A program made the position numbers and the translations under genes. DNA of 64,000 nt from Desulfatiglandales bacterium. GTDB lineage: Bacteria; Desulfobacterota; DSM-4660; Desulfatiglandales; Desulfatiglandaceae. Where the stretch lies: NCBI GenBank assembly GCA_963662465.1, contig OY759599.1:3040001-3104000 (forward strand), written 5' to 3'. The notes beneath the pieces were generated by a model. That model ran no database searches. It had not been told where the DNA came from and saw only the letters and a list, made by a program, of their open reading frames with translations. Shown piece after piece: positions 38,138 to 46,909 of the stretch. The stretch's first letter is position 1; each line of letters begins with the position of its first letter.

Positions 38138-39435
38138 GGAACGCTCCTCCATGTACACGGCCGGGCTTCTTCAAGACCTGCCGCCACCTCTCCAATCCAG
38201 CCCGCGAGTCTCTGAATGATGTCGTCATCCACATGCTCACATTCCATGACGTCGGGCAATCGTAGGATTTCCTTGCTCAAATCCGCCAACCAGTTTCTGG
38301 TTTCGCTGGGAGGGATAAGATTTTCGAATTTTTCGCAAATGATCCCCCACTCCGGTTGGCTGCCGGGCCGCTCATCCTCCCATCGGCTGACACGGCCGAT
38401 GCCCTCAGGGTCCAGAAACATGGGCGCGAAATCGAAAAGCGGCGAAAGACTCACGTGGGTCCCTGTTCTCAGAATAGCAGCATTCCGTCCATGGTTGTCG
38501 GTGTTGCGCAGGGCCAGGTTAAGAATGTCGCGCAAAATGTATTCCCGCAATTCCCGGGCGGGATTGGAGGCAATCCGCACCAGGGCACGACAATAGACGT
38601 CGTGATGTACCGCGGCGCCGAACCCCGGAATATCGGCCACGGCATACAAGCTGTTCATCCCCAGACGTTCAACGCGCCCATTCGAGACCCTCCGGTCAAA
38701 TCGCGGTACAAACAACACGCCTTCTTCATAAACAAGCGGCTCCCCGGTACGGATGCCGAAATCCCTGGCAACTTCCAGGTAGGCGGCTTCATTGCGCAGC
38801 ACCTGTTGATTTCGCTCGTCTGTACGGCGACCCCGTGGAAATTTTACCAGCCAGAATTTATGGGCTTTTTCGTCGGGCAAGACGCCCTCCGCATGAAAGA
38901 GCCCGGCATGATCCTCCACGAGAAGGTACTTTGGCGCTTCTCCCTGTACACTGGAAGCCCCTGCCACGTAGGCGCCGCGTTCCTCTGCGTAATCCAGGAA
39001 TCGTTCGCCCTGTTCGATGATGTCCCCGCGGGGAAACCCCAACCTGAAGTGGTCAGGCGGGGGTGATGGAACCGCTTCCGCGATCCTGAGGTTGCCCGGG
39101 GGAGTACCTGCGCCCTTTAAAAGCAACTGCCAATCCATTTGCGGACCATCTCTTTCAACCTGCAAGCGCCTGAGCCATGCGGCCCGACCTGCGCCTCCCG
39201 GCAGTAGATCCACGAGCACCGGCGGCCATTTATCATACGAGAACAATTCAAAACCGACCGTAAGCCCGGGGACAAGTTCCGCGGCACTGTCGCCCAGGTA
39301 CTTCACGGCGTAATCGATGTCGTATTGCAGCCAGCCACGGCCACCGATTCCCAGATCCAGAGCCCGACTATCGGGTTCAAAAACCGCGGCCGTTATCCAG
39401 CGGCCATCCATAAATATTTCGATGTGACAGTTCAT
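38134..39435 (-). CDS. hipA: HipA-family kinase toxin
   Basis: SVQGEAPK, LVKF, RFDR, NTDNHGRN, LSPLFD. Confidence 0.9.
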   Translation of the reverse strand: MNCHIEIFMDGRWITAAVFEPDSRALDLGIGGRGWLQYDIDYAVKYLGDSAAELVPGLTVGFELFSYDKWPPVLVDLLPGGAGRAAWLRRLQVERDGPQMDWQLLLKGAGTPPGNLRIAEAVPSPPPDHFRLGFPRGDIIEQGERFLDYAEERGAYVAGASSVQGEAPKYLLVEDHAGLFHAEGVLPDEKAHKFWLVKFPRGRRTDERNQQVLRNEAAYLEVARDFGIRTGEPLVYEEGVLFVPRFDRRVSNGRVERLGMNSLYAVADIPGFGAAVHHDVYCRALVRIASNPARELREYILRDILNLALRNTDNHGRNAAILRTGTHVSLSPLFDFAPMFLDPEGIGRVSRWEDERPGSQPEWGIICEKFENLIPPSETRNWLADLSKEILRLPDVMECEHVDDDIIQRLAGWIGEVAAGLEEARPCTWRSVP

Positions 39436-39540
39436 TTAAGTGGTCTAAACCGCACCGAGAGGAGTAAAATAATTCACTTTAGTGGTCTTAGGATAATATT
39501 TGAAACGGGCGTTTGTCAAGAATTATTCACTATAGTGATC
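39431..39540. promoter_or_regulatory. Three related 15-bp operator-like sites around the hipA promoter
   Basis: TTCATTTAAGTGGTC (39431-45), TTCACTTTAGTGGTC (39473-87), TTCACTATAGTGATC (39526-40); minus-strand TTGACA at 39514-39519. Confidence 0.7.
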
Positions 39541-39705
39541 CAAATAAAGACCCGCTAAGGAAGAAAAATCCCAGACGACGCGATTGGCCAAAGCGCTCGC
39601 ACAATTCGCCGGATTTCACGTTAATCTGAGATGAGCCACTATTGTTCCCAGACTATCCAGTGACCGCCCCCGCCAGTTCTTGCTTCGGGGGCTGTTCCGG
39701 TTTTA

Positions 39706-40083
39706 CTATGCTTTGAGTATGTTTACATCATATCCGGCTATTGATTCATCCCGAGTCAGCAACACCAGTTTTTCTATAATGGCCTGTGCAATAAGCATCC
39801 GATCAAAGGGATCTTTGTGAATATAGGGTAGTTGTCCCGCAAGTTGCGCATGATCTGCATTGATATGGAGCGGGGTAAATCTATGCACTCTGATTTCTTC
39901 CAACAGGTTGTCCGGGGCCTCCAGCTTTCCAAGTTTCTGTTTAATGCTTATTTCCCAAACCGAGGCAGAACTGACAAAAACCATATTGTTGCCATCAACA
40001 ATGGCATTTACAGCACGCTCAGTCAGCGTGGGATTATTTTCCAACGCCCATATTAATACATGGGTATCAAGCAGAATATTCAT
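39706..40083 (-). CDS. vapC: PIN-domain toxin
   Basis: LLDTHVLIW, VSSASVWEISIK, HKDPFDRMLIAQA, LLTRD. Confidence 0.93.
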   Translation of the reverse strand: MNILLDTHVLIWALENNPTLTERAVNAIVDGNNMVFVSSASVWEISIKQKLGKLEAPDNLLEEIRVHRFTPLHINADHAQLAGQLPYIHKDPFDRMLIAQAIIEKLVLLTRDESIAGYDVNILKA

Positions 40084-40340
40084 GATTCATCCGGAAAAAT
40101 AGATGAATTGTAAAAACTGTCTTCAATCTCCTGATCAACGTCATCAAAGTCTGAGCTAATTTTGACCTTCCCTTCCCAGCTTCCACCAAGTTGACGGGGA
40201 GAATTATTTTCCTTAAAAGCGGAAAGAATCGCCACAGGTTTCCCTGCCTTACCGATTATGATAGGCTCATCCGTTTCCTGAACTGTTTTTATCAGAAAAG
40301 ACAAATTGGCCTTTGCTTCTGAAATATTGGTTATTTGCAT
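40080..40340 (-). CDS. Phd/YefM-family antitoxin
   Basis: NISEAKANLS.LI, IIIGKAGKPVA; AGGAG RBS; ATGA overlap with the toxin. Confidence 0.9.
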   Translation of the reverse strand: MQITNISEAKANLSFLIKTVQETDEPIIIGKAGKPVAILSAFKENNSPRQLGGSWEGKVKISSDFDDVDQEIEDSFYNSSIFPDES

Positions 40341-40384
40341 AACAGACTCCTTTGAGTATTCATAAACCATTATCACCTCATAGT

Positions 40385-40413
40385 AGTCTAGTCAGGTCTG
40401 GTCTGATTGTCAA
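40385..40413 (-). promoter_or_regulatory. sigma70 promoter of the Phd-VapC pair overlapped by 5-bp repeats
   Basis: TTGACA-N17-TAGACT with AGACC AGACC TGACT AGACT across the spacer and -10. Confidence 0.65.
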
Positions 40414-40653
40414 TGGTAAGTACCCAGATCACATTTAGGGCATTGTCTGATATTTATACCGGTTGATCACTGCCAAATATCCATAAAGCCCATAAAACCT
40501 GAAGGGTCAAAACACGCAAGAAAGTCCCTTGACCCCGATAATGCCATGCATTAATGTAATTGACAGTCAATTTAAGTTTAAGAGCCTGTTTAAAAAATTA
40601 TCTCGTCGCGAGGTTGAGCGAAGATTTTCGAGGGCAAGGTAAAAGGGAAAGTT

Positions 40654-41103
40654 ATGGACGATTATGAACAATATGAAGTCGATTGTGAGAAAATCCGGAA
40701 AATTAACGAAAAATTATTGCAAAACTTCGAGACTTGGTTAAAAGCATCGAAACTAAAGGAAAAAACGATAAGTAACCATATCGAGAACGTTGATTTTTAT
40801 ATCAATGAATTTCTCCTGTATGAAGATGCCGTGGAAGCGAAAGATGGCGCATCGGACATTGGAATGTTTTTGGGATACTGGTTTATCAAAAAAGCAATGT
40901 GGGCCAGTCCTGCGCATATCAAAAGTAATGCCGCAAGTTTGAAAAAGTTCTACACGTTTCTCTTTGAAAATGAACAGATCGACAAAGAAGATCTTGACGA
41001 TTTAAAAGCAAGCATTAAAGAGGACATGCCGGAATGGATCGCAACAGTAAAGCGTTACGATGATCCATCAATTAATGATATGGAAGAAGTTTGGGGATTA
41101 TAA
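40654..41103 (+). CDS. Hypothetical protein resembling the N-terminal SAM-like domain of tyrosine recombinases (no catalytic domain)
   Basis: FETWL...L.EKTI..H...VDFY, ASLKKFYTFL pattern; 149 aa. Confidence 0.6.
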   Translation: MDDYEQYEVDCEKIRKINEKLLQNFETWLKASKLKEKTISNHIENVDFYINEFLLYEDAVEAKDGASDIGMFLGYWFIKKAMWASPAHIKSNAASLKKFYTFLFENEQIDKEDLDDLKASIKEDMPEWIATVKRYDDPSINDMEEVWGL

Positions 41104-41166
41104 AACGCTCCTAACCCACCCCATTAAAGTTTCACAGTTTTCATCAAAACATGTACCCATAAAAAA

Positions 41167-41757
41167 ATGAGGGAAATTTTGGCAAAGTGTTCAGCATGCA
41201 AATCAAAAAAAGGTAAGCGGAAATGTCAACTTGTGGAAGGAATGATTTGTAGCCTATGTTGTGGTCAAATAAGGGATAAAGAAAAGTGTAAAGGATGTGT
41301 ATACTATAAAGAGACAGTTCCAAAAAAAAATTATAATGAAATACCAAAATATTCAACACGGGAAATGGAGGCTAACCTTCAATTGCAGGAATATTCAAAC
41401 GCCGTTGAAGGGGGTTTGTGTGCGTTTGATAACGAAACAGGAAACCAAATTAAAGATGATGTAGCCATTAGAATTCTGGAGTCTCTGCTTGATAAATATT
41501 ACTTCAAAGAGGAAATTTTAGAATTTTCGGATAGCATCATAGAGCAAGGATTTAACAAACTAAATAGTGTCATAGAAACTGATTTGAGGAAAGTTTCTGA
41601 GGAAGAAATAATAAAGATATTGGCCGTAATCCGATTTGTCGCCAAAAGAAGAAGTCGGGGAGGAAGAGACTATTTTTCAATCATCCATAATTATGTCGGC
41701 GAAAGAGTTGGGGAAGGAATGAGAATATTACCAAAAAGTTTTTTTGATCATCACTAA
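41167..41757 (+). CDS. Hypothetical protein with Cys-rich N-terminus (putative zinc binding)
   Basis: CSAC..KGKRKC..ICSLCC..CKGC; AT-rich. Confidence 0.65.
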   Translation: MREILAKCSACKSKKGKRKCQLVEGMICSLCCGQIRDKEKCKGCVYYKETVPKKNYNEIPKYSTREMEANLQLQEYSNAVEGGLCAFDNETGNQIKDDVAIRILESLLDKYYFKEEILEFSDSIIEQGFNKLNSVIETDLRKVSEEEIIKILAVIRFVAKRRSRGGRDYFSIIHNYVGERVGEGMRILPKSFFDHH

Positions 41758-41878
41758 TGATGATCCGTCAATAACAGATATGGGATGCAAGAGGCTATCA
41801 GAAAACCATTCCGGATCCCAAGGGCTTGTTTGATCAGTTTGATGATGACCTCGATCAGAAATACATAAGGAGTAAAAT

Positions 41879-43444
41879 TTGAGCAAACCCAAAACAAAGA
41901 TAACAACCCGAAGGTGGCGTTTGGAAGATATTCCGGAGATCATTGAGTGCAGCAGAGCCACTTACCATGATTATCCGGAGGAATACATATACACCCAACG
42001 TCTGTATGAAATGCAGTTCGCCGCGTTTCCCCAGGGACAGTTTGTGGCCGTCCTCGGCGATAAAATCGTCGGCTACGCCACCAGCATGATTGTCAGCATC
42101 GATGATGATTTCTGGTACGACGTGGACGAACTGACGGGCGCCGGCACGTTCAGCACGCACAACCAGGACGGCGACACCCTTTACGGCGCGGATATCGGCG
42201 TTCATCCGGACTATCAGCGCCGCGGCGTCGCCATGTTGCTGTATAAACGGCGGCTGAGCATTCTGAAACGGTACAATCTGAAACAAATGATTGCCTACGG
42301 AAGGATCCCCGGATACAAAAACCACGCGGGAAAAATGACCGCCGAGCAATATGTGGAAAAGGTGAAGAACGGCGACTTGCGCGATCCTGCCTTGAACACC
42401 CACCTGAAAGCAGGTTTTCAGGTCAAAAAGGTTCAACTGGATATCACCATCGACCGTTCCAGTTTGAATTACTCAACCTTCCTGACCATGCCCAACCCTG
42501 ATTTTGATTTGGCCAAAAAAAAGATATCTTCGGCTGTCTTTCCAAAAATTCAGGCCCGAAGGGTCAGGGTATGCGCCGCCCAATACCAAATGCGGTCCAT
42601 TCAGTCTTTTGAAGACCTTGAACGTTCGGTTGAATTTTTTGTAGATACAGCGGATTCCTATCACTGCCACTTCCTGCTGTTTCCGGAGTATTTCACTTAT
42701 CAGCTGTTAAGTTTCAAGCGCCGGATGTCCATGAAGGAAGCCGCCGTGGAACTGGCCGGTTATGCGGACCAGTATGTGGAAATGTTTAAGCGATTCGCGC
42801 AAAAATATAACATTTATATTGTCGGTGGCTCCCATCCGATACTGAGGGATGGAAAATGTTACAACAGTGCCCACCTGTTCACGCCCACCGGCAATGTTTA
42901 CACCCAGGACAAGCTCCATATTACACCGGCGGAGCGAAATGAAGGTGGAATCGAACCGGGGATGGCCTTACGAATTTTTCACACCCCACTGGCCAGAATT
43001 GCAATCCAGGTATGCTATGATATCGAGTTTCCAGAAGCGTCTCGCCTGCTGACACTTGCCGGAGCGGAAATCCTTTTCGTGCCTTTTTATACCGAAGAAA
43101 AAAAAGCCTACTATCGCGTGAGACATTGCGCCCAGGCCAGGGCTGTTGAAAACTTTATTTACGTGGTCATGACGGGAAGCGTCGGCAACATGCACACCCA
43201 ATCCGGTTCCTTTTTAAACTACAGCCAGGCAGCCATTCTCACCCCCAGTGATTTTTCCTTCCCGGAAAAAGGGATAGAAGGAGAAGCCGACCCCAATGTG
43301 GAAGCGGTTGTCGTATCTGAACTGGCTCTCTCTTCTCTATCACAGCAACGACACGTGGCAACCGTTCGGCCGCTTCATGACATGCGTCCGGATCTTTATG
43401 ACCTCTGTCCGAAAACTAAAATTGAGATTGTTCGCGTCGATTGA
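41879..43444 (+). CDS. Bifunctional GNAT / carbon-nitrogen hydrolase (YhcX-like)
   Basis: VHPDYQRRGVA in the N-terminal half; FPEYF, QDKLH, VCYDIEFPE (E-K-C triad), ARAVEN. Confidence 0.9.
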   Translation: MSKPKTKITTRRWRLEDIPEIIECSRATYHDYPEEYIYTQRLYEMQFAAFPQGQFVAVLGDKIVGYATSMIVSIDDDFWYDVDELTGAGTFSTHNQDGDTLYGADIGVHPDYQRRGVAMLLYKRRLSILKRYNLKQMIAYGRIPGYKNHAGKMTAEQYVEKVKNGDLRDPALNTHLKAGFQVKKVQLDITIDRSSLNYSTFLTMPNPDFDLAKKKISSAVFPKIQARRVRVCAAQYQMRSIQSFEDLERSVEFFVDTADSYHCHFLLFPEYFTYQLLSFKRRMSMKEAAVELAGYADQYVEMFKRFAQKYNIYIVGGSHPILRDGKCYNSAHLFTPTGNVYTQDKLHITPAERNEGGIEPGMALRIFHTPLARIAIQVCYDIEFPEASRLLTLAGAEILFVPFYTEEKKAYYRVRHCAQARAVENFIYVVMTGSVGNMHTQSGSFLNYSQAAILTPSDFSFPEKGIEGEADPNVEAVVVSELALSSLSQQRHVATVRPLHDMRPDLYDLCPKTKIEIVRVD

Positions 43445-43609
43445 ACCGAACCCATAATGGACCAATGAAAGGTTGATGTTGCTTGACCCCCATAACGCCA
43501 TGTATTACAATATATTTTTTTAGGTGGCATACGGAAACTCTACATCGCCCCCGCTTATGACGACTGTTATAGGATTCATAAATTCTGCAATATTTTTAAT
43601 GGTGAAAAG

Positions 43610-43897
43610 ATGAAAAAAAAATTTGATGGTCAAAAATCGGGAAAATTAGGGACTGAAAAAAAGCCCGCCGTTGTCAGGGTACAAACGGAAGAAAGATTGA
43701 AAGAAATCGCATCCATGTTTGAAAAAAATGGTTGGCAGTTTGTAGCTGGGATAGAACCCGATAAACCGGAAGATATTACCGATTTGGAAATATTATTGCA
43801 TCCACAAGAACCAAAGATCGCCGAAAAAAAAGTTGGCCGCAATGAACCCTGCCCATGTGGAAGCGGGAAAAAATACAAAAAATGCTGTGGCAAATAA
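43610..43897 (+). CDS. SEC-C metal-binding motif protein
   Basis: [20 protein letters not shown] at the C-terminus. Confidence 0.9.
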   Translation: MKKKFDGQKSGKLGTEKKPAVVRVQTEERLKEIASMFEKNGWQFVAGIEPDKPEDITDLEILLHPQEPKIAEKKVGRNEPCPCGSGKKYKKCCGK

Positions 43898-43932
43898 GGC
43901 TTTTTTGCATTTCAATAAGGAGAATCATATTC

Positions 43933-45390
43933 GTGGATTTCAGTAAATGCCATGGCCTTAATCTATCTAAAATAGACCTCAATAACATAGAATGGCCCAA
44001 GTTTCGTATCCCTAAAATGGGATGGCCTCGAATATCTAAATTGAGGATCGGCGACATTGTCGCAAAGCTGCCGATCGTGCAGGGCGGCATGGGGGTTGGC
44101 ATATCGCTTTCAGGCTTGGCCTCGGCGGTCGCCAATGAAGGGGGCATAGGGGTTATCGCCGCCAACTCCATAGGGATGCTCAACCCTGATTATTACGCGA
44201 AAAACAGTGACGCCAATGCCATCGCCCTGAGAAGGGAGATCAGAAAGACGAGAGCGAAAACCACCGGCATTTTCGGCGTCAACATCATGGTGGCCGTCAA
44301 CGATTTTCAATCCCTTTTAAGGGTCGCAATCGAGGAAAAGGTGGATTTGGCATTCCTCGGAGCGGGACTCCCCATAAAGGGGATTCCGGTTGAAGATCTC
44401 AGATCGGCGGGGGTCAAGGTGGTCCCTATCGTGAGTTCCGCAAGGGCGGCAAGCCTTATCTTCAAATCCTGGGTGAAAAGATACGCGGATATCCCCGACG
44501 CGGTCGTTGTGGAAGGACCAAAAGCAGGCGGTCACCTGGGATTTAAAGAGAATCAGATCGACAATCCCAATTTCGCCCTTGAAAACATCCTGCCCGAGGT
44601 CGTTGCCGAGATAAAGAAATACGAGGATGAGTGGCACAGGGTCATTCCCGTCATCGCCGCGGGAGGCATTTATACAGGCGCTGACATGCACAAACTCTTC
44701 AAGCTGGGCGCAAGGGCCGTCCAATTGGGGACCAGGTTCGTGGCAACACATGAATGCGACGCGAATATCAGGTTTAAGGAGTCCTATATCTCGTGCGGGA
44801 AGGATGACATAAAAATCATCAAGACGCCGGTGGGCATGCCCGGCAGGGCCATCGGAAACCGTTTTCTGACGGACGTGGCGTCAGGCAAGAACCAATCCCA
44901 CAAATGTGCCTGGCGGTGCCTTAAGAGCTGCGACATAAAGACCGCCCCCTACTGTCTCTCCCTGGCGCTCAATAATGCCAGAAAGGGGATGCTGGATAAG
45001 GGTTTTGCCTTTGCCGGAAGCAATGCCTACAGGGTCGATAAGATCGTATCGGTAAAGGAACTGATCAAGGAACTCAAGGCGCAATACCTCTGCGCCAGGG
45101 AGAACAGCATCAGCTGCCTGCGTGGTGAATACGAAAAAACCCTTGAAAGGCTCAGCTCCTTTAAGGAAGCCTACCTGATTGGGTTGAAAGTGGGTCTAAA
45201 TTCACTCAGGGATGAATATGAAAGGGGCATGGAAAGGGGGGGGGCGTTTCGCGAAGAGCTTTTGACGAAGATGGATCAAATGACTTCCTTAAAAAATGAA
45301 TACCGCAATGCCCTTGAAAAAGCGTACCTGCTCAAACAAGAGCTTATGGCGTTTTTTTCGGTCGGGCGCCCGGCCAATCTAACCGCCTAA
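43933..45390 (+). CDS. Nitronate monooxygenase/FabK-like flavoprotein with C-terminal helical extension
   Basis: PIVQGGMGVG, VEGPKAGGH, IAAGGI, VQLGTRF, CAWRCLKSC..YC; probable GTG start 43933. Confidence 0.85.
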   Translation: MDFSKCHGLNLSKIDLNNIEWPKFRIPKMGWPRISKLRIGDIVAKLPIVQGGMGVGISLSGLASAVANEGGIGVIAANSIGMLNPDYYAKNSDANAIALRREIRKTRAKTTGIFGVNIMVAVNDFQSLLRVAIEEKVDLAFLGAGLPIKGIPVEDLRSAGVKVVPIVSSARAASLIFKSWVKRYADIPDAVVVEGPKAGGHLGFKENQIDNPNFALENILPEVVAEIKKYEDEWHRVIPVIAAGGIYTGADMHKLFKLGARAVQLGTRFVATHECDANIRFKESYISCGKDDIKIIKTPVGMPGRAIGNRFLTDVASGKNQSHKCAWRCLKSCDIKTAPYCLSLALNNARKGMLDKGFAFAGSNAYRVDKIVSVKELIKELKAQYLCARENSISCLRGEYEKTLERLSSFKEAYLIGLKVGLNSLRDEYERGMERGGAFREELLTKMDQMTSLKNEYRNALEKAYLLKQELMAFFSVGRPANLTA

Positions 45391-45437
45391 GCGGACCCAT
45401 CCCATGATAGAGAATACGATAACTCCAACAGGTAGGT

Positions 45438-46880
45438 TTGATGGAAATATCCGGTCTTATAGCGGCGGTTAAAAAGGAAGTCGAGACTTACGAAGTCCCG
45501 GTGGTCGATCTGATTGCCACACAGACAAAGGACCCCTTCAAGATTCTTGTGGCAACAATACTGTCTGCCAGGACCCAGGATAAAACCACCGCAGAGGCCT
45601 CCGCAAGGCTCTTCAAAAAGGCCCAGGACCCGCTCTCCCTGCAAAAACTTTCCGAAGAGGAAATCCGCGGCCTGATCTACCCGGTTGGATTTTACAAGAG
45701 TAAGGCGGGCTATCTTGCTAAACTCCCCCGGGCCCTTGAAGCGTTTTCGGGGAGGATCCCGGATGATATTGAATCCCTGGTAAAACTCCCCGGAGTTGGC
45801 CGCAAGACCGCCAATCTGGTGCGAAGCGTGGCCTTCGGTAAACCGGCCATATGCGTTGACACCCACGTCCACCGGATCATGAATATTTGGGGGTATGTGA
45901 AAACCAAAACCCCCCTTCAAACCGAAATGGCCCTGCGAAAAAAGCTCCCTGAAAAACACTGGATGGAAATCAACGCTATTTTGGTTGCCTTTGGCCAGGG
46001 AACCTGCAGACCCATATCGCCCCACTGCGACCGGTGCGTCATAGAATCCGCCTGTCCGAAAATCGGCGTGACCCCACGTAAAATCAAACCCCATAAAAAC
46101 AAAACCCGAATCCAGGGCGCCAAAACAATGATTTCCTGGAATGTCAATGGTATTCGGGCCGTGGAAAAAAAAGGGTTTGTGGATCTGGTCAAAGCGTTGT
46201 CGCCGGATATCTTTGCAGTCCAGGAAACCAAGGCCCATCCGGATCAGCTGTCAAAAGACCTGCACGAAATCGACGGCTACACCTCCTACTGGCACAGCGC
46301 GGTCCGCAAAGGATATTCAGGCGTGGGCGTATACACCCAGTCAGAACCCCTTGAGATCATCTACGGGCTTGGCGACAAGCAATTCGACAGCGAGGGACGG
46401 GTCCTCTCACTTGAATTTGAAGACTTCTACCTGATCAATGCCTATTTCCCAAACGCCCAGCATGGGCTTAAAAGACTCGACTACAAGCTTGCCTTCAACA
46501 AGGCCCTTCACGATTTTGCAACGTCATTGGCAAAGAAAAAATCCATCGTCGTCTGTGGTGATTTCAATGTGGCCCACAAGGCCATTGATTTAAAAAATCC
46601 CGAATCCAACGTAATGAATCCCGGTTATTCCCCTGAAGAGCGTGCATGGATGGATCGTTTCACCCAAGCCGGTTTTATCGATACCTTCAGGAAATTCGAC
46701 CCTGAACCCGAAAATTATACATGGTGGAGTTATCGCTTCAATGCCAGGGCCAGAAACATCGGCTGGCGTATTGATTATTTCTGCGTAGACCCGGGAAGCG
46801 ACAACAGGGTTGTGGGCGCCGCAATACTCAAAGACACACCTGGATCGGACCACTGTCCTATTCAGCTGGATTTCAAATAG
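45438..46880 (+). CDS. Endonuclease III (Nth) - exonuclease III (Xth) fusion
   Basis: LPGVGRKTA, VDTHV, C-X6-C-X2-C-X5-C; then SWNVNG, QETK, GDFN, WRIDY, SDHCP in one reading frame. Confidence 0.92.
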   Translation: MMEISGLIAAVKKEVETYEVPVVDLIATQTKDPFKILVATILSARTQDKTTAEASARLFKKAQDPLSLQKLSEEEIRGLIYPVGFYKSKAGYLAKLPRALEAFSGRIPDDIESLVKLPGVGRKTANLVRSVAFGKPAICVDTHVHRIMNIWGYVKTKTPLQTEMALRKKLPEKHWMEINAILVAFGQGTCRPISPHCDRCVIESACPKIGVTPRKIKPHKNKTRIQGAKTMISWNVNGIRAVEKKGFVDLVKALSPDIFAVQETKAHPDQLSKDLHEIDGYTSYWHSAVRKGYSGVGVYTQSEPLEIIYGLGDKQFDSEGRVLSLEFEDFYLINAYFPNAQHGLKRLDYKLAFNKALHDFATSLAKKKSIVVCGDFNVAHKAIDLKNPESNVMNPGYSPEERAWMDRFTQAGFIDTFRKFDPEPENYTWWSYRFNARARNIGWRIDYFCVDPGSDNRVVGAAILKDTPGSDHCPIQLDFK

Positions 46881-46909
46881 ACCGGAAAGGCACGGTTTTT
46901 AAACAGGCT

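Noticed and set aside
40654..41103. Functional integrase or prophage boundary
   Set aside because: Only an N-terminal-like domain; no catalytic R-H-R-Y residues and no phage genes.
41103..41166. Integron attC site after the AT-rich gene (CCTAAC)
   Set aside because: No matching GTTRRRY end or pairing arms; no integrase.
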